Shown here piece after piece: positions 26,888 through 37,764 of a stretch of 61,217 nt of DNA (position 1 is its first letter; the number at the start of each line of letters is the position of its first letter). The stretch comes from a virus. Taxonomy: Duplodnaviria > Caudoviricetes. The stretch is taken from the IMG/VR virus record IMGVR_UViG_3300035128_000109, positions 1 through 61,217 of that record. One strand, 5' to 3'. Under the pieces are notes generated by a model that worked only from the letters and a program-made list of their open reading frames with translations, had not been told where the DNA came from and searched no databases. Made by a program: the position numbers and the translations under genes.

Positions 26888-27718
26888 TCACCTCTCAGCC
26901 GACGCGGTCGTTGACGTAGAAGCGCAAAATAAATCCATCGCATCAAACAGACCATGACTATGATCGACCCACTGCAAGCCATCACGTTCGAACAGCGGTT
27001 CGAGCGTCCCCAGCCACCGCGCCCCCTGCATCCAATCCCATTGGGTCTGCAAGCCGGCAAACTCCGTGAACATCGCTCCAGTCCGGAATCGGTCAGGCTG
27101 GTATTTAGGATATTTATACCAGTGATTCAGGTTACAAAAATCCATTCCGATGGTGTGAACCTCCGCACACCCCAGCACGCCGGCCAGGTGAATGGCCTGC
27201 GTTCCAACGGTCCCCACCCTAAATTTTATGCGGTTGGAACTCAACGCCCCAGGATGGTCGAATAGCGGGCCGGCTAAGAACCCATCCCCATACTCCCTAA
27301 AATTGAACCGTTCCATCTGCGACTCGTAATCATTCCCGAGCTCGCCCATACGCTTGATCTTGACCACATTCTTGATTCGGTCATCAATCAACACCGGCGG
27401 ATTCCAATTCAGGAAAGAGTACATCCGCACCCGAGCATGATGAGAGGGGGAGAGTATCTTCATCATTTGTCGATAACGATCCTCGCCCCGTTTAGCCCGG
27501 CCGGCTGCCATGTGCATGTTTTCTACCACTAGATGGAAGTCCAGGTCATCGATCTCAAAACATACCCCATTGACTCCGATGATCACATCCGGGTCAAGGT
27601 CATCACGCAGTGATTCCCAGGTCCGAGCCGACTCTCCACCCAGGACCACCAGGGCCTGTCCCCCATGATAGGCATCCTTGAATCTCTCTACACCTTTTGG
27701 GTTATCCCTTGTGGTCAT
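26888..27718 (-). CDS. DUF115/MAF-like sugar-transfer protein
   Basis: ALVVLGG.S, DVIIGVN and LGCAEVHTIGMD motifs; clear paralog of 22258-23094. Confidence 0.6.
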   Translation of the reverse strand: MTTRDNPKGVERFKDAYHGGQALVVLGGESARTWESLRDDLDPDVIIGVNGVCFEIDDLDFHLVVENMHMAAGRAKRGEDRYRQMMKILSPSHHARVRMYSFLNWNPPVLIDDRIKNVVKIKRMGELGNDYESQMERFNFREYGDGFLAGPLFDHPGALSSNRIKFRVGTVGTQAIHLAGVLGCAEVHTIGMDFCNLNHWYKYPKYQPDRFRTGAMFTEFAGLQTQWDWMQGARWLGTLEPLFERDGLQWVDHSHGLFDAMDLFCASTSTTASAER

Positions 27719-28224
27719 CTTTTCCCTTCGCCGGTATCTTTCTTCACTTCCTCGACCTCCTTATCAACCTGTACCAGCCGTATTTTCAGATTTTCTATTT
27801 CGGTGTAGGCAACCGACAATCTCTCCTCGGTAATGGATAGCTTTTCGGTCAAGCGATTGACTAATTTTTTCAAATCAACATTTTCAAGACGGTATTTTTC
27901 TTTTTCTTCCTCAACAGCAGTCAGCCGGGTCTCGAGATTTTTTATGCGCTTCATATCACTGTCCATGACGGTTTGAGCGTGTTTTTGATATTCTGAGACT
28001 TTTTTAGTGCATTCGGTTTTGTATACCTCAACCTTTAGGGTTAGTTCAGAAATTTTCTTGGACTGGTTGTCTCTTTCTTCCTGGATCTGGTCCAGAAGTT
28101 TGTCAAGTTCCTCGACCGTAGAGCCTCCCCCACGCCTCTGTAGAACCCACATGAAGTATCCGAGCACGAACACCAAGAGTGGAGGTAAGATCGTGTTGTA
28201 GAAGATGCCGGCTATTTGTTCCAT
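27715..28224 (-). CDS. Membrane-anchored coiled-coil protein (possibly lysis-related)
   Basis: N-terminal transmembrane helix followed by a long coiled coil. Confidence 0.55.
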   Translation of the reverse strand: MEQIAGIFYNTILPPLLVFVLGYFMWVLQRRGGGSTVEELDKLLDQIQEERDNQSKKISELTLKVEVYKTECTKKVSEYQKHAQTVMDSDMKRIKNLETRLTAVEEEKEKYRLENVDLKKLVNRLTEKLSITEERLSVAYTEIENLKIRLVQVDKEVEEVKKDTGEGKR

Positions 28225-28502
28225 TTTTTTCTCAAATCAGATAAAGCCGGCCAGAAAAGGGCGGAAGTCACAAGAGCGGTTTGGATCAATCCCGAATAGG
28301 GGGACGATTCCATCCCAAAATCTCTCATACCCAAAAACAGGATAGGAATATAATAACCACATCCCACGAGGCCAAACAACAGCCATATGGTCAACGACGG
28401 CCTTTTTCTGGGAGTGCAGAAAAAACCGATGACGGCAGAGACAACAACGATAATGTTCAAAAATAGAGTCATATACTGTAGCGCCATTCTCATAATTATC
28501 AT
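28212..28502 (-). CDS. Small membrane protein
   Basis: Three hydrophobic segments. Confidence 0.5.
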   Translation of the reverse strand: MIIMRMALQYMTLFLNIIVVVSAVIGFFCTPRKRPSLTIWLLFGLVGCGYYIPILFLGMRDFGMESSPYSGLIQTALVTSALFWPALSDLRKKWNK

Positions 28503-28511
28503 CCTTCAAAA

Positions 28512-29243
28512 TTAGAGTAGTCCCATCAAATCCAACATTCCATTGGCAACACGGTTCCCAATGATCGTGTGACTTACAGTAACCATATGGATGCCATCGC
28601 TCGTATCAAGGTCTTTACTTACGATCATTCTCATGCCTGGCCTGTTGGCGAGAACAGTTTGTCGTTCATCTCGCAGATAGTCCCAAAACAAATGGGGAGG
28701 CGCGTTGTTATTGCCTTCCGCGATCTGCACATATACCATCGGTAGCTCTTCTTCGAATCCTAAACTGCGGCTGAATTGGCGTCTGAATGAAGCTACTTTC
28801 ATCGGCCATGAAGTTGCCAATTCTTCGGTGTAGGTATCTCGTTCCCCCTGCCAGAGCAAGATGCCAGCGATCTCGCCCTCGTAATTCGCCTGGACGTATT
28901 GAGCGCGCGCCAGGGCCGACCCATACAGGCTGTCACGACTCAAATTATAGGCCCAATCATCCATTCCCGATCCCGTTTTTGCACATGGGATCAAGCCCAC
29001 ATCCCCGCCCGCGGTTTGCCGGAATTTGCGGGCAAATTGCAGCGCAAAGCCAAATTCTGCATTGTCATCTCGTGAGACTTCATCTATCTGATCGATTGGG
29101 TCATCGATTGGCTCGAATGGGCCCTGGATAAGCTGCCAAGCGTTAGAAAAGCAAAACAGCCTGTTATTGGTGTATTGAATTTCAGGTAGTGGGGCAGTAC
29201 CCACTGCCCCACTTTGCCCGATTATAGGGAACCAGCGGAACAT
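28512..29243 (-). CDS. SGNH sialate O-acetylesterase (SASA)-like protein
   Basis: GQS, WQGE.D and DGIH motifs. Confidence 0.8.
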   Translation of the reverse strand: MFRWFPIIGQSGAVGTAPLPEIQYTNNRLFCFSNAWQLIQGPFEPIDDPIDQIDEVSRDDNAEFGFALQFARKFRQTAGGDVGLIPCAKTGSGMDDWAYNLSRDSLYGSALARAQYVQANYEGEIAGILLWQGERDTYTEELATSWPMKVASFRRQFSRSLGFEEELPMVYVQIAEGNNNAPPHLFWDYLRDERQTVLANRPGMRMIVSKDLDTSDGIHMVTVSHTIIGNRVANGMLDLMGLL

Positions 29244-29246
29244 ATA

Positions 29247-29462
29247 CTATACCCACAACAACAGGTCTGGATCGTCAGACCCATCGTGGTTTTCAACAAT
29301 GGTCTTTGCTAATTCTGCATCTTTTTCTTCATTCACCAGATGTATTATCAATCGACCAGACGAGAGCGGACTTATGCCGTTGTGGTCGATTCCGGCGGCG
29401 TCCAGTTCTTTGCCTAGCTTATCCGCGTAAATGTTTTTATCTTTATCAACAGTAATTTTCAT
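29247..29462 (-). CDS. Small tail-fibre-associated protein
   Basis: Directly follows the fibre gene. Confidence 0.45.
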   Translation of the reverse strand: MKITVDKDKNIYADKLGKELDAAGIDHNGISPLSSGRLIIHLVNEEKDAELAKTIVENHDGSDDPDLLLWV

Positions 29463-29465
29463 TGG

Positions 29466-31520
29466 TCACCTTTCGAAAAAATATCCTTTCACATCAATAT
29501 ACAATGCACCAGTAGTTCGCCCTGCCAGAACGAGATACCAAATTTGCTGACTGCCATCCATACTGATATTGGCGAATGCCAATGTGTTGACCGTGCTGCC
29601 GTCTGGCAGGGCAATTGTGGCTTGTCCGCCGCTGCCGACATTGCTGTCTTCACTGACTCGGATAGCTACATCAGAGGTGTTTTGAGTTTTTATATCCGCT
29701 ATCGTTGCGGTTTCTGGAATTGCTCCGGTCAAATCAACAGCCGCTCCGGCTGTCGCAGTGCCACCATTTAGCACTCTGAAAGGAGATGAAGCTAAGGCGA
29801 AATTTTTGTAGGTTACATAGCCCGCTTGCGGCAAGTGGGTGACTTCGATAATGTCCCCACTGCTATCAGTCAATACGCTAAACAGGTAACGCCGGGAAGT
29901 ATCCCCTGTCTTGCTTTTTGCCGTCCCCTTCCAGGCAGTTGGGGCGGTTGTGACAACTTCGGCGGCTGGTGTGCCCGTATCTAAATAGGCATAGACGTGA
30001 TACCAAGTATCACTATCTAAACTACTCAGTCCACTCTTTGTGATGCTGCTGGTCACATCGATTTCATCGCCGTTTTCAGCATAGCAGCGCCCCGTTAGGA
30101 CAGTGATGGACGATGCGCTATCCCACTGTAGGCCAAGACCCTCAATAATAGTGCTGATTCGGCTGTGGCTATGCAGAGTTGTTTCGCTGCCGTCGGTAAG
30201 TTCTTCTAACTCCGCGCCGGTGACATCTGTATCGCCATCGTTGCCAGAAATATCATCGTAATCAGCATCCGCAGGTAAAAACAGAGCCGTTATTTGAGCG
30301 AGCAGATTCACCCAATCGATATATCGCAACAATCCGCTTTGTTCGAACGGGATATTGTCCCCAGATGCGAGCGATGGAGCGGACGATCCACCGCTAATGT
30401 ATCCCGCGACCTTTGTTCCGATATAGGTCGCTACCCTCGACCAGGCGAAACGTACCCAGGCCGAGGCGGATGTATTGTAGATGATTCCCTGATCGCCATC
30501 AGCAATGGCTTCGCCGATGTCAGATGAACTGGTCTCGTCAATATCGGTAATGTCCCCGTCCCATGATCCGCCGCCTCCCTCTGGCAGTGCATCGATCTTC
30601 GTTTCCAGTTCCTCAAGATAGGACTGTAAATCAGTCGACTCGATACATCCATAGGGGTCCACAACGATATTCGATGCGTTGTGGAAATGGAAATCATCCG
30701 CCGGCAAACCTTTGACTAACCCCTCCCACTGAGCTACAGTCAGATGATAAGCCTCCACCACTCCCAGATAGTCTCCGCCCCCGTCAATTTCAGACATATT
30801 GTTGTGGGGAGGGTTTGGGTCGTACAATTGGAATCGCGGATCAACAAAATCATATAGTCCGTTCGGGTCACGGTTGATCTGAGTTTGGGATGCGTACAAA
30901 CGGATAGCACAAAGTGGGTGATCGGTCACGGCGGAAATGTCAGAGAGGGCAAGCGCGTCTTTACTGTAGGCGCTCGTTCCAACCGTGACAGAGATCGTGC
31001 CAGTGTCATCGTACTCGAGCAGGACATACACAGCCCCAGACGCCGGCTGGTAACCGGATAGATCTACCTGTTGGTTTTGCAGGACTCCGAACTCTCCCGC
31101 ACTGGTGATGAACACGCCCCCGAAAACCTGAACAGTAAAACCGCTATAGGGAAGCACAGAAAAGGGTTTGATTTGTTCTTTTGTAATGAAAATCGGGTTT
31201 TCCCCACCGTACCCGTGATCATGCGGACCAACATACGACTCTGACGTTTCCCCAGCGCCGTAGATGTTCCAGAACCCAATAACGTACAACTCACGACCGC
31301 GTTGCTCGACATTGACCAGCCGGCCAGGTACATTCGGAACTGACACGTTCTTAGCAACGAACGTGAAGCCACTAATGATGTCCCGGACATATACATTATT
31401 TCCGCCGGCTGACACGGTGCCATTACGATCCCCCAAACTAGCTATAAAACTCTTGGGCAGGTTCTCAAGTTTCCTTTGTTGAGCTAAGGCCCGTTCGATT
31501 TGGAGTCTGGTCTTTGCCAT
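29466..31520 (-). CDS. Tail fibre / receptor-binding protein
   Basis: Mosaic beta-rich 684-aa ORF; LEELTDGSETTLHSH and TWYHVY motifs; position in the tail module. Confidence 0.7.
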   Translation of the reverse strand: MAKTRLQIERALAQQRKLENLPKSFIASLGDRNGTVSAGGNNVYVRDIISGFTFVAKNVSVPNVPGRLVNVEQRGRELYVIGFWNIYGAGETSESYVGPHDHGYGGENPIFITKEQIKPFSVLPYSGFTVQVFGGVFITSAGEFGVLQNQQVDLSGYQPASGAVYVLLEYDDTGTISVTVGTSAYSKDALALSDISAVTDHPLCAIRLYASQTQINRDPNGLYDFVDPRFQLYDPNPPHNNMSEIDGGGDYLGVVEAYHLTVAQWEGLVKGLPADDFHFHNASNIVVDPYGCIESTDLQSYLEELETKIDALPEGGGGSWDGDITDIDETSSSDIGEAIADGDQGIIYNTSASAWVRFAWSRVATYIGTKVAGYISGGSSAPSLASGDNIPFEQSGLLRYIDWVNLLAQITALFLPADADYDDISGNDGDTDVTGAELEELTDGSETTLHSHSRISTIIEGLGLQWDSASSITVLTGRCYAENGDEIDVTSSITKSGLSSLDSDTWYHVYAYLDTGTPAAEVVTTAPTAWKGTAKSKTGDTSRRYLFSVLTDSSGDIIEVTHLPQAGYVTYKNFALASSPFRVLNGGTATAGAAVDLTGAIPETATIADIKTQNTSDVAIRVSEDSNVGSGGQATIALPDGSTVNTLAFANISMDGSQQIWYLVLAGRTTGALYIDVKGYFFER

Positions 31521-31523
31521 GGG

Positions 31524-34451
31524 TTACCAACTCACAAACTTGACCCACCGGATATCACACAGAGGTGCGACGGAGGGAAGATTCCCGGACTTATCCGTCC
31601 AGGAGGAACCAAAGTCACCGGTGTAGTTCACATCCTGCGTGGTAGCAGCCAACCAGGCATTCGGGCTGGCACAGTTCTCCCAATTGTCATAGCCGACTCC
31701 CAGGGAAACATCAATGTTCGAGAAACTGGCCCCGTAGTCACTGGACTTTTTTCCGATCACAGGATGATACCCGCCCATCAGGTATTGTCCTGTCGGGTCG
31801 CAGGCCAACAACTGCGGAACAGGAAAGCCTAGCCCTCCCAAGTTCGGCATCGTCGTGTCGGATCCATTTATGTCACCGTCGATATACGTTCTCAAATATC
31901 GAGCGTCAGCGTTCCAGCCATACACATAACCACCACCGCCACAAACATGATGCGGATTGGCACTAAAGCCTTGCCCTAATGGAGGGTTGGTCGTGTTGAT
32001 CTGCAAAGTGCCGTCATTATCAAAGCGAGAGGCCGCCTGAGATCCAAAAATATCATCCTCACAGTGTTGCACGATCCACTGTTCTCCACTCTTGGCAATG
32101 CCGGCGCCACGTGGATCCGCGTCAATCCCTGCCGAAACCGAGTCAAACGATTTTGTGGATGGGTTGTAGTACAGCGACTGCATATTCCCGTCAGGCCCCC
32201 CAATGGCAAGCACAGCCTCCTCCGCGTCAGGGTCAACATTGAAGCAGATAATATCCCCGACCTCAGAGTTGTCATACACCTGTTCCCACGGGTATCCGAC
32301 TCCCTCGGCACGCCAAATCTCCTCGCCGGCCTCTAACCCGTTGTCGATCATCAATGCGAATATCGCCCCGTTGGGACAGACGTGCACCTCAAGCACATCG
32401 TTGTACCTGGTTGCATCCAGACCAGCGTTCATCTGTGACCACTCCGGCTCATCCTCGTCGAAGTTGGTCGTATACAAAAACCCAAAGTTACTGGTAGAGA
32501 TCAATACCGTAGATGGACCGACAGACTCATCCCCGACCGTGGTAGGCGTGAGAGTCGTATCAATGGGAGGCAGGGGAGGCAAGGGAGGCAGGGGAGGCAA
32601 GGGAGGAATTACCCCATCATCCACACTGCCGGGAATATCCCCGTTGATAGCCAATCCCTCGAACGTCTCAGGCTCTACGACTAGGAACACATCCAGGATG
32701 CCTGATTGTGGGTTGTGCTTAAACTCCAGCCGGCGGGGAATAGCGCGTCCGCTGTAGCCGACACCCCGAGGATCCTCAGCCGCAGAAACGGTCAGGTTGA
32801 TATACTGCCTGGGCCACAGGTCCAACAGACGAGGCGTGTAAACCAGGTCAATCTCATATTGGAACGCGCCATTCTTCCATCCGAAGTACAACCCGCACAT
32901 CTGATTGCACTGATTCTGGCTCGAAACCAGGTAGTTAGCGCCGGCCTCAGTCGCTCCATAGCGTTTATGGATATGGCCAGGGGAGAGCGAAACGTAAGCA
33001 ACCGGCTTCCCGCTGGCGTTGACTGACACCCCAGACCAATAGAGCATAGACAGAACATCGTGAGTCTCCAGCACCTTGATACTTGACCAGTCGGCCTCGG
33101 TCAGCGTGATCACCTCGGGAATGGATCCGCGTGAGGCTTCCATCTGCGGTTCAACTTCGCAGAAAAAGCGGTTGAAGCGGTCTACCCCAGGACGGGCGTA
33201 GATGGTAGTCAATGCAATCGTGTTGACCTGCTCCCACAACGCACCTGTGATGGTTTTCAAGCCGGCCATATATTTTGAGTCATCTGTCACGTACACATCC
33301 ATGACCCTCGTGGACGTAGTACGCCAATGCAGAAAATGCCACAGCATCCGCCGCACGGTCAATTCGGGCATGTTGGTCCAATCGCCGGCTGTGCCGGCCG
33401 TGATCTCGATCCCGGACAGATAGCCTTCCATGTTTTTGAACCAGTACGCCGCGTTGTGGACCGTGAACTCGACCACGCTCGACTTCTGGTGGAAATCAAT
33501 ATTTTCCTGGCCGATCCAGCCAACTCCTAAGATGTTCTCACTCCCACTGATAGGGCAGGGCGGTGACTCGTTGACGTTATCCAGCGTGTCCTCGGTCACC
33601 AGAATGGCCAACGCCCGTTCACGGATCTCACTCTCGCCGGCTCCGGTATCCATCTCGATATTGTAGGACAGGCCTCCACTCTCATAGTCGTAAGACCAGC
33701 CCCGCAGCCTGGCCTTTTTTAACGGGTTGTCATCATCGTAAATGACGATATAGCGCACCCCTTTGAAGCTCTTTCCGTTGGCAGCCGTGACTGTGCAATA
33801 CGCCAGGTATGTGCCGGCGGAACTAAAGGTAGCGGTAGGGGAGGCGATAGTTGAATTGCTGATAGAGTCGGCCCCATCGATCGACCAGGAATAGGAGGAT
33901 ATGGTGCTATCTTCCACCCAGGACTCTGTGTCACTGGATGGCCCCAACTGGACGGTCACTGTGCCGTCGGATAACTTGCCGACTTTATGACTTCCCAGGA
34001 CCGGGATCGGGTCAAATTCCTCGTGCTGATCGGAGTAATCGACATCGTACTCCATCTTGGCCACACCGCTGACCAGGCGTACTGGACGAGACCAGAGTCC
34101 ATAATCATCCACGACCGTGAGATAAATCGTACCTCCGGCATCCCACTCGATCTCGCTTATTTCACCCACATAGAACGTGCCGGCGATGGGAGCCTTACGG
34201 ATACGGCACATACCCAGATCAAACGCGCCGGCGCTAGTGCCGACGTACAGGGTCATATCAGCCAGGACATCCCCCAGGGTCCCGGATCCGTTGGTAAAAG
34301 CAATCTCCCCTACCTGGTCATTAGAAGATGGAGCCGTGTCAAGCTCGGCAGTATAGATCGTGTGGAATTCAGGGAACGCAACCTGAATGCGTGTGGCGTG
34401 CCCACTCGAACGGAGGGCCGTCAGTTCTCCGGCAGTGTAAGCGCGTGCCAT
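31524..34451 (-). CDS. Large tail tip / baseplate protein
   Basis: 975 aa, follows the distal tail gene; PKD-like segment, Pro-rich linker, propeller-like C-terminus. Confidence 0.7.
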   Translation of the reverse strand: MARAYTAGELTALRSSGHATRIQVAFPEFHTIYTAELDTAPSSNDQVGEIAFTNGSGTLGDVLADMTLYVGTSAGAFDLGMCRIRKAPIAGTFYVGEISEIEWDAGGTIYLTVVDDYGLWSRPVRLVSGVAKMEYDVDYSDQHEEFDPIPVLGSHKVGKLSDGTVTVQLGPSSDTESWVEDSTISSYSWSIDGADSISNSTIASPTATFSSAGTYLAYCTVTAANGKSFKGVRYIVIYDDDNPLKKARLRGWSYDYESGGLSYNIEMDTGAGESEIRERALAILVTEDTLDNVNESPPCPISGSENILGVGWIGQENIDFHQKSSVVEFTVHNAAYWFKNMEGYLSGIEITAGTAGDWTNMPELTVRRMLWHFLHWRTTSTRVMDVYVTDDSKYMAGLKTITGALWEQVNTIALTTIYARPGVDRFNRFFCEVEPQMEASRGSIPEVITLTEADWSSIKVLETHDVLSMLYWSGVSVNASGKPVAYVSLSPGHIHKRYGATEAGANYLVSSQNQCNQMCGLYFGWKNGAFQYEIDLVYTPRLLDLWPRQYINLTVSAAEDPRGVGYSGRAIPRRLEFKHNPQSGILDVFLVVEPETFEGLAINGDIPGSVDDGVIPPLPPLPPLPPLPPIDTTLTPTTVGDESVGPSTVLISTSNFGFLYTTNFDEDEPEWSQMNAGLDATRYNDVLEVHVCPNGAIFALMIDNGLEAGEEIWRAEGVGYPWEQVYDNSEVGDIICFNVDPDAEEAVLAIGGPDGNMQSLYYNPSTKSFDSVSAGIDADPRGAGIAKSGEQWIVQHCEDDIFGSQAASRFDNDGTLQINTTNPPLGQGFSANPHHVCGGGGYVYGWNADARYLRTYIDGDINGSDTTMPNLGGLGFPVPQLLACDPTGQYLMGGYHPVIGKKSSDYGASFSNIDVSLGVGYDNWENCASPNAWLAATTQDVNYTGDFGSSWTDKSGNLPSVAPLCDIRWVKFVSW

Positions 34452-34828
34452 CAGTCAATTTGCTCCAGCACAATGAACCGGATGGAAACCTTCATGGAGT
34501 GATTGTTCTGGATGTCAGGCGACTCCACTGGCCATACCATCCGGCACCGGTAGGTATGCCATGCCAACTCCTCATTCAGGGTGCGAGCATAAACTTCCGC
34601 TGATAGGTCATCGGCGCAAAAGGACTTGATAATATCCCGGTGGGTCTGGGACAGGTAATTCCAGTACCACTCGAACCAGGACCATCCACGTCCGACTACC
34701 GTACCATCCGCAGCCCCCTTACCCTCGCTGTATTTCTGGAAGTGCTGATAGGGAGCCGGCACGCCGTACTCGACCAGGTAATTGACCGGAGTAGAGATTT
34801 CAGATAGTGCAAATTGATAGGGAGTCAT
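34451..34828 (-). CDS. Distal tail protein-like
   Basis: Small gene immediately after the tape measure gene. Confidence 0.55.
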   Translation of the reverse strand: MTPYQFALSEISTPVNYLVEYGVPAPYQHFQKYSEGKGAADGTVVGRGWSWFEWYWNYLSQTHRDIIKSFCADDLSAEVYARTLNEELAWHTYRCRMVWPVESPDIQNNHSMKVSIRFIVLEQID

Positions 34829-37476
34829 TAGATAATCCCGTGAATGTTCTCGAGCAAGTCCTGGGTATCTTCCTGGATCATGCGACGCTCTTCGTTGGAA
34901 ATAGAACCATAGAACCGGCGCTGGTCGTTCAGGGTTACCCCACCACCGCCCCGAGCAACAACCTGAGCAAATGACCGCTGCGTCAGCCGGCCCCCAACCA
35001 ATCCCTCGAGCATCCTGGTCGTTGAGCGGGAAGTCACGAACTCACCGGCTCCCACATACCCAGGCCCATACCCGCCAGCCTGGTGGGTCTCAGTGGGGTA
35101 GCCGGGGAGGTTACTGCCAGCAGCGCCGGCGGTCGACTCCAGGAAATTCATCAAATCCTGCTGCATACGCTCGTAATACTGAGCACGCAAGTTCTTCTCG
35201 TTCAACAGATTGGCATCCAGGTCCCGCAGGATGTCGTAAAAAGCATTACGTCTGGCGATCTGCTCTTCCCTGTATTGCTCTTGCAATTGGCGCAATTTCT
35301 CAGCCGTATTTCTGCGGGCCAGGGCAAGCTCGGCCTCGTGCTCCTCATCCAATTGCTCGAGCCGTTCTTCGAATTGTTCACGGGCCAGTTTTTGTTGGCG
35401 CTCGAATTGTTCTAAAGCCTGCTGCTGTCGGAATTCGAATTCCTGCCGCCGGCGAGCCCGCTCCTGTTGGAACTCTTGTTCTCGTTCCTGCTGCTGGCGC
35501 TGGAAGTCCTGCCGGCGACGCTGGGAATCGGTGCGGTATTCTGACTCGGCATCTTGACGCCGGCGAGCATAATCCCGGTTTTCATCGATGATTCCCAGGG
35601 CATCCCTAGCGATAGCAAGGTCGCGGAGCCGGTCCTGGTGATCTTCGGCCAGTTTTCGCATCTCACGAAGATGATCTTCACGCGACCGTTGTTCGTCGCG
35701 CTGGAACTCTTCCCGCGCCTCGGCGCGTTGCTCGTTGAAATCACGAACCGCCTGCGCCTCAGAGAACGCGAATTGCTCTTCGGCCTGTCTTTGAGAGAAC
35801 TCGAAGTTCGCCACAGCCTGTGCACTCGAGGCTGCGAACTGTTCAATTAGGCGAGTCCGCTGTTTTGTATAGTTGGACTCGATCTGGGCAATCTGCCGTG
35901 CCCCCTGCTCCACGATCTGGGCGCGTTGAGCCATGTACTGCTCTTCGGCCTGTTGTTCCTGTTGGCGGTATTGGATGAAGGCACCAGTGGCTTGGGTCTG
36001 GGTAGCTTCCTGATTGAAATCTCGTAAGCCGGAGTCTATATTTTCAACTGCATTTTCAGCTTCCTCAGCCGATCCTGTCAACTTTTGTAAAGCGTCAAAA
36101 AGTTTCTCAGCATTCGCACCTGCACTGACTAAAGGGCCGGCTGGTCCTAATAGAGGAGCTAAACTTGTAAACAAATCAGCGATTGGGGCTCCGCCTTCAT
36201 TTCGCAAATAATCTGCCAGCTTGAAACTCCCCGCGAATCCAGCAATACCAGCAGCAATGCCGGCTCCACCAGCAACAAGCCCCGCAGCCCCCGCCCCCTT
36301 TACAGCACCGCTAACCCCACCTCCACCGGGCAAAGCAGAGCCGGCTAGAAATTCACGTACTGAATTTTGAAAACGTGTCGTGGCCAGGGAATATTCAGCC
36401 GTAGCAGCCAAGTACTTGAAATCTGCATAGAGCTTGATCCCTTTTGAAACCGCAACTCCAACAGCGCCCAAAGTCGCCACAACCAAACCGGTATTGAGAG
36501 CCGCCTGAACTAAGTCCGGATTCTCCTGCACGAACGCCGCTGCCTTTTCAGCGAGTTCGGCAGCCTTCTCGTAAACGGGGAGTAACACCTCGGCTGAGGC
36601 CTGCCCCAGATTCAATTGAGCGTTTTTGACTCTCTTTGTGGCTGCGATCCAGCGGTCGGCGGTCTCATCTCCCTGGATGCCGGCCTGCTCTACAAAACCA
36701 ACATACTGTTGGGCACTTACCGCAATTCCTCCTACAATGGCAGCGCCGGCACCAGCCAAAATTGCAGATATTTGGCCGATATCTGTGGCGAGCCGATTTA
36801 ATTCAGTAATCTTCGAAATCTGCTCGTTATATTGCTCATTTTCTTGATCTAAAGCGTCTACATACTTAAGTAATTCCTTGCTGGTAGATTCGTATTCAGT
36901 GTCATTCAGGGCATCGGATGCCCGTCTGGTTGATTGTTCAATCTGTTCAGTTTTTGTTGTCGCTTCATCAAGTTTTTTGGAATAGGGTTCTAACTCAATT
37001 CTTGCATCTTCCCACTTTTGATTGAGTTTCTCGTTTTCGGCTGCGAGAGCAGATGTAGACTTTGCAGCACGATCTTGTTCTTTTGCCAGATCCCTTGTAG
37101 TCGAAACGCGCTCAGAGGCCTGTTTTTCTAATTTATAAACAGTCTCTACATTTCTGGCAATGTCGGCAAAAGGACCAGTTTCTCCTGCGAACGCATTATA
37201 GTCCTGGTCTTTACCAGCCAACAAGTCAGAGAATCGGTTGACTTTCTTTGCAACCTCCGCATTGAAAGCTGCTACTGCTGTACCGGCAATGTTAGTGAAC
37301 TGATTTTTTACAGATTCGACTTGTTCGCGTCCGAGAGCCTTGTCAAGCGTTATTTTTTCAGCACTTTTTCCAATACTCTCGATACTATCCCCAATATCAG
37401 AAAGACCGCGCTCGGTCTCTATTTTCGCGGCCTTATCTAATAAAAGCCCTAATAATAAATCTAATCTATCAGCCAT
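34828..37476 (-). CDS. Tail tape measure protein
   Basis: 882 aa, Ala/Gly hydrophobic stretches, long coiled coils, canonical position. Confidence 0.85.
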   Translation of the reverse strand: MADRLDLLLGLLLDKAAKIETERGLSDIGDSIESIGKSAEKITLDKALGREQVESVKNQFTNIAGTAVAAFNAEVAKKVNRFSDLLAGKDQDYNAFAGETGPFADIARNVETVYKLEKQASERVSTTRDLAKEQDRAAKSTSALAAENEKLNQKWEDARIELEPYSKKLDEATTKTEQIEQSTRRASDALNDTEYESTSKELLKYVDALDQENEQYNEQISKITELNRLATDIGQISAILAGAGAAIVGGIAVSAQQYVGFVEQAGIQGDETADRWIAATKRVKNAQLNLGQASAEVLLPVYEKAAELAEKAAAFVQENPDLVQAALNTGLVVATLGAVGVAVSKGIKLYADFKYLAATAEYSLATTRFQNSVREFLAGSALPGGGGVSGAVKGAGAAGLVAGGAGIAAGIAGFAGSFKLADYLRNEGGAPIADLFTSLAPLLGPAGPLVSAGANAEKLFDALQKLTGSAEEAENAVENIDSGLRDFNQEATQTQATGAFIQYRQQEQQAEEQYMAQRAQIVEQGARQIAQIESNYTKQRTRLIEQFAASSAQAVANFEFSQRQAEEQFAFSEAQAVRDFNEQRAEAREEFQRDEQRSREDHLREMRKLAEDHQDRLRDLAIARDALGIIDENRDYARRRQDAESEYRTDSQRRRQDFQRQQQEREQEFQQERARRRQEFEFRQQQALEQFERQQKLAREQFEERLEQLDEEHEAELALARRNTAEKLRQLQEQYREEQIARRNAFYDILRDLDANLLNEKNLRAQYYERMQQDLMNFLESTAGAAGSNLPGYPTETHQAGGYGPGYVGAGEFVTSRSTTRMLEGLVGGRLTQRSFAQVVARGGGGVTLNDQRRFYGSISNEERRMIQEDTQDLLENIHGII

Positions 37477-37764
37477 TGCCTTGTTGCTCTTTGTATCGCT
37501 CCATCACCTGACCAACCATCTTTTCGAAGATCGAGTCCAGATATAGAATGTTACTCATCAGCGGCTCTGGCTGCCGGCGGAGTTCAGTCGGTAAGAAGCG
37601 CCGGTCCGTCGCTCGCCATTTTACCCAAACATCATAAGTTTCCTCGAAGTCCTCAAAGTCTATCTCAAGCTCATCTGGAAGGTAGAAATCGGGATTGTTC
37701 GGATCCCGGGGTACCGACTTCAGGAGTCTTTGATAGATTCTTTGGGTTTCTTCCCTTTTTTTTT
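37469..37764 (-). CDS. -1 frameshift extension of the tail assembly chaperone (GT-type)
   Basis: A9G slippery run at 37755-37764; the -1 frame is open to TGA at 37469-37471. Confidence 0.75.

Noticed and set aside
20126-28502. Endolysin gene
   Set aside because: No amidase, peptidase or muramidase motif was recognisable near the holin-like genes, so none is called.
32570-32610. Tandem GGAGGCA(A/G)G repeats
   Set aside because: They encode a PPLPPL linker in the tail protein; no reverse transcriptase or template repeat indicating a diversity-generating retroelement.
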